From Schizochytrium sp. TIO01 (Eukaryota > Protista > Bigyra: Labyrinthulomycetes): a stretch of DNA of 64,000 nt. The notes below the pieces were generated by a model. The model searched no databases. It had not been told where the DNA came from and saw only the letters and a list, made by a program, of their open reading frames with translations. Positions 56,318-64,000 of the stretch are shown here, piece after piece. A program made the position numbers and the translations under genes. The stretch is from contig SMSO01000025.1 in NCBI GenBank assembly GCA_004764695.1, positions 4,566,862 through 4,630,861 of the forward strand, given 5' to 3'. Each line of letters starts with the position of its first letter. Positions within the stretch are counted from its first letter, which is position 1.

Positions 56318-57559
56318 ATGCTCGCTGTTCAGACTATCTTCCGTGGCGCCGCGCCGCAGGCCGCCTGGGCCGGTGCACGCGCTGTGGTTGGCTACCGCGG
56401 ATTGCACAGCTCCTTGAAATCTCTGGATGCCGCTAAGGATCTTGCCACGCCCAAGTTGACAAGCGAAGGCCTCAACGCCGATGAGCTCGTACGTCCTGAT
56501 ATTGAGTTTAACAATATTACCCCTAGCATTGCCAAGCACCTTGGTCGCGGTCTTTTGCACCGCAAGGGACACCCGTTGGCGACCATGAAGCAGCTCATCT
56601 TTGACTCCTTCAAGCGCCAGTTCCCGGACCGCCTTAAGACCTTTGACGACCTTCACCCGGTGGTTGCCACAAAGGCTTGCTTCGATGACCTTCTTATCCC
56701 CGAAGACCATGTCAGCCGCAGCAAGTCAGACACCTTCTACTACGATGACAAACACGTCCTCCGTACTCACACCAGCGCTCACCAGACACACCTTATGCGT
56801 GAAGGCCACGACGCTTTTCTGGTCGCAGGAGATGTGTACCGCCGTGATGAGATTGACCAAAGCCACTACCCCGTTTTTCATCAGATTGAGGGTGTCGTGC
56901 TCAATGAGGAGGGCTCCAACTTGTCTGACGAGGAGACCATGAACAACCTCAAGACCACCCTGGAGACCATGGTTCGCGATATTTATGGAGACGTTAAGAT
57001 GCGTTGGGTCGATGCCTACTTTCCCTTCACAGACCCCAGCACAGAGCTTGAGATCTGGTTCAACGAGGAGTGGCTCGAGGTGCTTGGCGCTGGTGTCATC
57101 CACAAGGATATTCTCAAGAGCTGTGGTCTCGAGGGCAGATCTGGATTTGCTTTTGGCATCGGCGCGGAGCGCACCAGTATGGTTCTCTTTGATGTTCCCG
57201 ATATCCGCCTCTTTTGGACTGAGGACGCTCGCTTCCACGAGCAATTCAAGGAGGGTCAGATCTCTAAATTCAAGCCCTACAGCAAGTTCCCTCCCTGCAC
57301 AAAGGATGTCAGCTTCTGGCTCAGTGACTCTTTTCACGAGAATGACTTTTACGCTTTGGTGCGCGAGATTGGCGGCGATCTTGTGGAGCGTGTTGAGCTC
57401 ATTGATAAGTTTCTCAACAAGAAGACCGGCCGTACCTCCCACTGTTACCGTATCACTTACCGCCACATGGACCGCAGCTTGACTAACGAGGAGATTGACA
57501 GGATCCAGGAAGTTGTTCGTGAGACTATTGCCAACCAGCTTCACGTTGAATTGCGATAA
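56318..57559 (+). CDS. FARS2: Phenylalanine--tRNA ligase, monomeric mitochondrial type
   Basis: Presequence-like N-terminus; FDDLLIPEDHVSRSKSDTFY, LRTHTSAHQ, GDVYRRDEIDQSHYPVFHQ, YFPFTDPS, GFAFGIGAER; C-terminal FDX-ACB domain (SHCYRITYRHMDRSLTNEEI). Confidence 0.96.
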   Translation: MLAVQTIFRGAAPQAAWAGARAVVGYRGLHSSLKSLDAAKDLATPKLTSEGLNADELVRPDIEFNNITPSIAKHLGRGLLHRKGHPLATMKQLIFDSFKRQFPDRLKTFDDLHPVVATKACFDDLLIPEDHVSRSKSDTFYYDDKHVLRTHTSAHQTHLMREGHDAFLVAGDVYRRDEIDQSHYPVFHQIEGVVLNEEGSNLSDEETMNNLKTTLETMVRDIYGDVKMRWVDAYFPFTDPSTELEIWFNEEWLEVLGAGVIHKDILKSCGLEGRSGFAFGIGAERTSMVLFDVPDIRLFWTEDARFHEQFKEGQISKFKPYSKFPPCTKDVSFWLSDSFHENDFYALVREIGGDLVERVELIDKFLNKKTGRTSHCYRITYRHMDRSLTNEEIDRIQEVVRETIANQLHVELR

Positions 57560-58148
57560 ATTACATATCTTTCTGCAAATTTCAACTCTTTGCCATTCAA
57601 TATTTTACATCACACAAACCAACGACAAGGTATTGGAAGACAAGACCATTGCAGTTCGAGTCAACTACTACGATAGAGACCCAGCTAGCATAATCTTCAC
57701 ACAGCTAATTAGTCCTAGTACTACTACTAATATGCATTTGTTTGAGTATTTGATTGACTTTTTTGTTGTTTATAGATGTATTTACAAATCCCACTCGCCC
57801 GGATACACCCCGAATGATAGGCTGTTCTTGATCTAGGATCTGATCATTTAAATTTTCTTTCCTTCCCCCCCTAACGATTTATAATAAGATCAACCATTTT
57901 GTTGAAGGGGATACTTTCTACTGACCTATCTGTAAATATTTCAGTATCAAGATTGATGCTGTACACAGTTAAATTGAGGAGGGTGCAGAATCTTCATTCT
58001 GTTTGTAGTTATATAAGGCGAACAAATTTGTTAATTGATTAAATGATGAATCGAGTTGGTGTACAGAACAAATCAGAGAACGGAGGTTTTTAATGGTCGA
58101 GAATGATGAATGGCAATTACGGGTATTTTGTGGTACGATGACTGCTAT

Positions 58149-58658
58149 TTACTTCTTCATGTCATCATCGTGATATTTTTTCAAGAGTACACGCTTGTAC
58201 TCCTCCTGATTATTCCAGAGCTGAGCAGCTAGGCCATTGAGAGGACTGTCGTTGTTAGGGTCAGCTAATAATGAGCGAATAGATTGGAGAATGGTACCAA
58301 TGGTGAGGGTAGAAGACCAGCGCTCCTTCAAAATATCAAGGCAGAGATCACCATTCTCGCTCACATTCGGGTGGAAGCAACGAGTCTTGAAGCGAACGGT
58401 TGGGGCAGTGAACGGGTAATTAGCTGGAAAAGAAATGTGCAGCTTGAATACAAGACCCTCATATACAGTGCCGGAGGCGCCGGTAATACTTGCAGTCCAA
58501 CTGAAGAGGTTATCACCATCGGGAAATGCAGTGGCATTCGGGTCACTCTCACGCATAAGCTGCATTAACTCCTGCTGAAGGCGACGCGTAACAGACTCGC
58601 CATTTGCGATAGTCTTGGATCGTGATCCAGCATCTGACTGAGTAGCCATAGTAGCCAT
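58149..58658 (-). CDS. UBE2C: Ubiquitin-conjugating enzyme E2 C (APC/C E2)
   Basis: SVTRRLQQELMQLM, AFPDGDNLFSW, GTVYEGL, FHPNV, active-site LCLDILKERWS, PNNDSPLN. Confidence 0.93.
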   Translation of the reverse strand: MATMATQSDAGSRSKTIANGESVTRRLQQELMQLMRESDPNATAFPDGDNLFSWTASITGASGTVYEGLVFKLHISFPANYPFTAPTVRFKTRCFHPNVSENGDLCLDILKERWSSTLTIGTILQSIRSLLADPNNDSPLNGLAAQLWNNQEEYKRVLLKKYHDDDMKK

Positions 58659-61176
58659 TGTTCCTCAATGAGTATTTCGTCAATTGCTTTGTTTTCTTGT
58701 AAACCTTCTTTTGGTTTTGGATTTGAAATTAGGTTTTTGTTTGTGTATGCCAAAGCCAAGAGCAATAGAACTATTAACCGATTGGATTCGTTTGCCCCAA
58801 TTAGTACGCAGTTGATTGAATGATTCGGTTATGTTTGTCCTTGAAAAACCGAGTTCCTTGTGAATGCCTGGGCTATATATATATATTCTCACGTTTCAAA
58901 ACAGGCAACCCTGGTCAACCCATATATTTCCTAACTTTGATTGCTGGCTACTAATGTGTGTGCACATGACATTTAATTCGAATAGCCTCACTCCTATTGC
59001 ACCTAGTGCTTCAACAGTACACAAGTGAATGTAACCACCGACCACCATCACATTCTGGCCGCGGCATATGGTTTCATTGTTATACGCTTTGCTTGATTCC
59101 TTTTTTACCTCCATCAGAGTCTCCCCGGACATATTTAGACGTTGGGGGGGGGGCACGCGCGCTCCCACGTAGAACTAGGTAACCGCAGATTGTATTTGTT
59201 CGTTCTGATTTCCAAAAGTCAATCGAAAAGATCACCTCGTCCAAGGCAGGTGGACGCCACAAGGCTTGATCCAACATGGCCATGGCATCTCAGCCATTGC
59301 GCACCGCATATTCAAGAAGAGTAACTCCTTTCCCAATGTCTAAGCCTTACACTCAATTAGCGGCTCCATCCTTTCTATCGGGTTCAATGGCACACCTTCG
59401 GGTCTTTCTTTCTTTTTCTCATGAGACCGTTGTTGAGAGAGAGTCCACTAGGCAACACTACAAACTAATTAGCAATATAAAATAGGAATAGTTTGGGTTG
59501 CTCAGTCCTTGGGAAACTGTCGCAGTAATTCACAGTAGGAGTCGTACTAGAGTACGAAAAATGGGCGACCTTAAGGCATGAATCTGAAGTTGCGGTAAAA
59601 AAGCGTGCCCATAGCTCTTCTTCTTTCTTTTCATGATATCGCAGTCTCCTTGTGGCAACAGTTTCGTGTATCGAGCATAAATTACTCCAGATCTTGTCCG
59701 AAGTTACATCTGATAACGAAAACATCGGGCCACAAGATTGGTTAAGTTAGGACCTGAGAAGAGGCCCGAGAGTGTGGTATGAATTAATCTTAATCAATTT
59801 CGATGGAGGTTTCAGAATGACCAAACGCCCATATCGTTACAAGTTCAGGGTTTCCAAAGTTGAGAGAGGGGTGTTATCGTAAAGCTGAAACGAAGGAACA
59901 ACCGCACCTGGTGGTTCCCCTTCATAATTAGGTTTACCTGCAAATAGGAAGGACCGGGGTCTATGGGAGATTCGAGAACACAGCCTCAAATTTAGTCAAG
60001 TTGGCCCAGCGAGAATGAACAAGCAAAGCTTAATATTAGTAAAACATGACACTCTTCTTCGAATTGAAAAGGGGAGCATCTTTAAAGATTTTTACACATC
60101 GAAAATAAGAATGTGCAATCGACTGTTGCTGTAAACCTGAGCAGCACTGTTTCATCAAGTTGAATGTGATTAACATACGCCTACATGGTCTTTTCTTTTT
60201 CCTCCCAAATCATCAATTCTGAAAGTCGTTCTTTTGAACCTGTCATAGAGAGTTGTTGAAATGATCACCTAAGACTTTATGCATGTTCTGATATAAATAT
60301 GGGATGTATATATCGACCTTTGGACTAAACGAAGCTATGGAACTTGGGTCAAGTATGTTTCATGCCTTCCCCGCCTACTGCATGCATCTTGAATGACTCT
60401 CGTTGCGCCTCGTTATAAAGTCTGTCTTTGCGACAGGCCCATTACCTTGACTACTATGGGAAGAATTTAAGCTTCCTTCCTTCCTTAATCACCAAAGCTC
60501 CCACTTATCTCCAGCCCTTCGCAGCACCGTCAACCCTACCACATGATTTTATAAAACATCCTCCATGGCGTCTTATGTTCATTAATTCAATTCTGATATT
60601 CTCTTTGTGCGTAACGATCCCAATGTACCAATACATTTCAATGCTCACCCTGGAATGTGCACCATGAACTAACTAAGGCTATTTAGATATTCACTATAGT
60701 GCTGCAATCCAGGGTGAACCTTTCCCTTTGTTCCCAGCGAAATCTCCTACCTAGTCTTTATCACTTGCAGATATAAAGAGAAAGAACAGAGAGTCGGAGA
60801 GACAGACTGACAAACAAAGAAAGCCCAGCCCCTCCACCCGAAAAGCCTCATTCGACGCTCAGAAGATTAGCTGTAGGATTGCATTTGCGGATCGCAAGAG
60901 GCTTTGGTACATTTTGGACACAGTTGAGCCTGCTACGACCTCGCTTAGGAGCTGTTTCTGCTCTTCGGCATTTTCTGTTGCATCGGCGCCGACGTCGTCG
61001 CAAACCGATCCCACTCTGATCTTCCCTGCGAAGCGCACGGGTTTTGAAAGTTATTTGTTTTTTGTTCGCGCTGGAGCACTTGAGGTTGGATTAAGACGAA
61101 GCTGCGTTGTAGCTACGTCCGTTGCAGAGAATTGAAGAGCCCTTCTAGCGAATAGAACAGGACTTGAATTGAGAAA

Positions 61177-61983
61177 ATGTCCACTTATAAATTGGTGTGT
61201 TTGGGCGAGACTGCCGTCGGTAAGTCAAGCCTATGCCTTCAATTTGCTCGTGGTCAATTCAACCAGTATAGCGAGTCTACAATCGGCGCTTCTTTCTTGA
61301 CGCAAAGTGTCATTGTGGATGGCTCGACGATCAAGTTTGAGATTTGGGATACAGCTGGCCAGGAGCGTTACCACAGCCTGGCCCCAATGGTACGTATTGC
61401 AGCACCTTTATTTGGTGGGCGGGGGGAAAGGATAAATTCGAAGAACTGAAATAGGTAGGGTACTGACTGGTTAAATTGTGGTCCTGTGATTGTTTGTGGG
61501 CATTTCTGTTCATGTCTTGTAGTATTACCGTGGAGCCAAGGCCGCAATTGTAGTTTACGATATCACCTCGAAACAGTCTTTCGAGCGCGCAAAAGCCTGG
61601 GTCGCTGAGCTCCAGCAGAGCGGAAGCTCTGACATGGTTGTCGCTCTCACTGGTAACAAGGCTGACCTTAGCTCCCAGCGTGATGTTGAAGAAGAGGAAG
61701 CAAAGAAATACGCCACCGACAATGGTTTGCTCTTCCTGGAGACCTCCGTACGTTTACTTTCTTTATACTTTAAGTTCCACTCAACCTGTTTATGGTTTTC
61801 TAACGCTGCACACTGCTCATCGTTTGAATGTATGAACTAAAACAGGCTAAGAGCAACTTCAATGTCACTGAACTCTTCGCAATGATTGCAAAGCGACTGC
61901 CACGTGCAGCACCTGCACAGGAGCAGGATGACGCTATTAATCTTACTGGTGATGATGCCGATGAAAGTGCATGCGCCTGTTAG
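61177..61983 (+). CDS. RAB5: Rab5 GTPase, 191 aa; exons 61177-61389, 61523-61747, 61846-61983
   Basis: [31 protein letters not shown]|YYRGA, GNKADL, ETS|AK, C-terminal CAC prenylation motif; two GTACGT...AG phase-0 introns. Confidence 0.95.
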
Positions 61984-63664
61984 ATTTTTGTAGCTGAGAC
62001 AATCATGTACCTAGTTACTCAGAGGACCGGGGCGTTCTCTAGATGGTGGTTCGGGAATGGCCACCTTCCCCAAGATTGACAAAAGGCTAACACTTGTGAT
62101 GCAAATAAAGTGGATGATACCTCGAATCAACTCTGGGGGCGAGGTAAAGGTGCAACTAGTCTTCTTTTTCCAGGATTCCTGTCTTTGCTTCTTTGACTGA
62201 TGGCTTTTGCCTGAATCTCTTTTCAATACAAATAATTAAAAAATCAAAATGCAAGACGCAAGGCGTACGAACTTTGTTCTGCCGGCTGTCATTATATCCT
62301 TTCCACTCTTTCAAGCAGCAGCAACAACAAGACAAGTTATTTTCAAGGTCCTCTTTTTTGTTCAAGAATTTTAGTAAATATGGGCCTTGTCCGCCATCTT
62401 TCAAGTTTTATGTATACAGCGACAAGTAAGAAAAGTGAATCCCAACTAAATTTCCTCTTTCTAATTTTTGTTCACTCACTTATTTCTTTACAACCCCCTG
62501 CTTGCACCGAGAGTTTCTCAATAAGTATCAAACTATATCTCGCAACTGTTAAAAATTACAAAGCACGCTGCAACTCTCCTCTGCTCCTTATTAGTTCGTC
62601 ACAAGCTTGAGTGTCTCTTTCCTCTTGCAAATAATTTTCCATATGAAAAAGAAAAAAAAGAAAAAAAAAGTAGTGTGTGATGCCAATAACCAAAATACAA
62701 GTAGGTTCAGTAGCAGTATAGCAATTCGTAGTACTAGAGATAATCAAAACACTCCGACGCAATGCAGTCGAAACCGAAATCAAGTTCATTTCGTCACTTT
62801 TCTTTTCTCTTGCCTTGGTTTTCTTCTTTTCCGCAGCTCCTCCTTTCGCTTACTTCCCTAGCTACTAGCTAGTAATACGTTCGTAGCTACTCTGCAAAAT
62901 GTAGAGCCTAGGTACGCCTACTCTATGTAGTCACGACGCCATTTTATTTTCTATATATAGAGAGAGAAGAGCTAAGAAGTCGCGGCTTAAGAAATCGTGA
63001 GATTGGTTCCTTATACTCCCTATTCTTCACTAAAAACAGTCTTCGTATGCATGATTTGCTTTGAAGGGGGGTAGAAAAGCGCATTTGCCTTCAAAGACTG
63101 ACTAATGAAGCGCCTAGCTAGTTACTATGAAGTTTACTTGTTAAACTTGCCTTCTTAGTTATTATCCGAGGTTTCTCTGCACATTTGGCACCGACGAAAT
63201 CCACTTTGCCCAAAGCTGCGTCCATGGCTGGTCCAAGGGGAACCTCGGGGCCCTTTCCTCCATGCCACCACCCCCCTCGGCTGCAGCACACGTCAGGCCT
63301 CCCTGTAAAACGCAGACCTCTCGAGCAAGTTTCCACTCTGATGTCCATTTTAGCATTGATCATTTATTTCTTTTTCATCCTTACTTTTGGTCACTTAAAA
63401 CTCCTCCGCAGTCCTACCAGCCTCTCTAGGATCCTCCTAACGCTTTTCAATAGGCATGAATGATCGCAATAGCACACCAAACCAAGGCAGAAGCACTCGC
63501 TCGAGAAGGCCTTCATGAGACACGAAGCACGTCCCATCGACCGACGCACCGCAGCGACGCAGCCTGAATTGAATGGACCACCTACCGGCGCCCTCTGCTA
63601 TCGAGTGGATGAATTGCACATAGTGAATGAATAGTCGTCCAATAAATAGCCATTTTCTACAAAT

Positions 63665-64000
63665 GTGCACACAATACAATAAAACATGCAACTTGAAGAA
63701 AACATACAACCATACAATCATACAACTTGAATAATACGTACATACAATAATACATACATACAATCATACAATAATACATACAGACAATAAATACAATCAT
63801 ACAATAATACATACATACAATCATACAATAATACATACAGACAATAAATACAATCATACAATAAATACAATCATACAATAAATACAATCATACAATAATA
63901 CGTACATACAAGAATACATACATACAATAAATACAATCATACATACATACATACATACATACAATAAATACAGTCATACAACTTGAATAATACAATAGAT
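63665..64000. repeat. Degenerate (CATA/ACAAT) micro/minisatellite running to the window edge
   Basis: Recurrent CATACAATAAATACAAT and CATACATA units. Confidence 0.9.

Noticed and set aside
56726-57544. 272-aa antisense ORF (also 23533-24171 opposite the tetraspanin)
   Set aside because: Shadow ORFs expected from the strong codon bias of the sense genes; no protein motifs
58896-59400. Tc1/IS630 transposase-like words PLNPIERM and NVMVVGG on the minus strand
   Set aside because: They occur in the wrong order for a DDE domain, and no catalytic Asp motifs or TIRs were found
60855-60880. AGAAGATTAGC resembling U6 snRNA
   Set aside because: Lacks the ACAGAG box and the downstream ATGGCCCCTG stem

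Overview
Eukaryotic, intron-poor genomic DNA. Spliceosomal GT-AG introns, an axonemal dynein and microsatellite-rich intergenic DNA are compatible with a flagellated stramenopile such as a thraustochytrid (inference, not a database result). About 16 protein genes are supported: a giant kinesin with C-terminal ankyrin repeats, a GDP-fucose O-fucosyltransferase-family protein, UBL5/Hub1 (2 exons, missed by the ORF track), AP-3 mu (2 exons), a His/Cys-rich phosducin-like protein, a tetraspanin, a TruA-family pseudouridine synthase, a HET/TIR-like + TPR protein, a CudA/STAT-like putative transcription factor, a secreted PI-PLC-X protein, a DNAH1-like inner-arm dynein heavy chain broken by one 1-nt frameshift, an ankyrin protein (2 exons), an IQ-motif orphan, mitochondrial-type PheRS, UBE2C and Rab5 (3 exons). 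There is also tRNA-Ala(CGC), many simple repeats and several decayed coding relics. No rRNA, CRISPR array or intact mobile element was seen. The best leads are the possibly myristoylated HET/TIR-like-TPR protein (candidate immune sensor-effector), the CudA-like factor, the dynein frameshift (probably a homopolymer error) and the Hub1 His63Ser substitution. I found no multi-gene system I can call novel with confidence.
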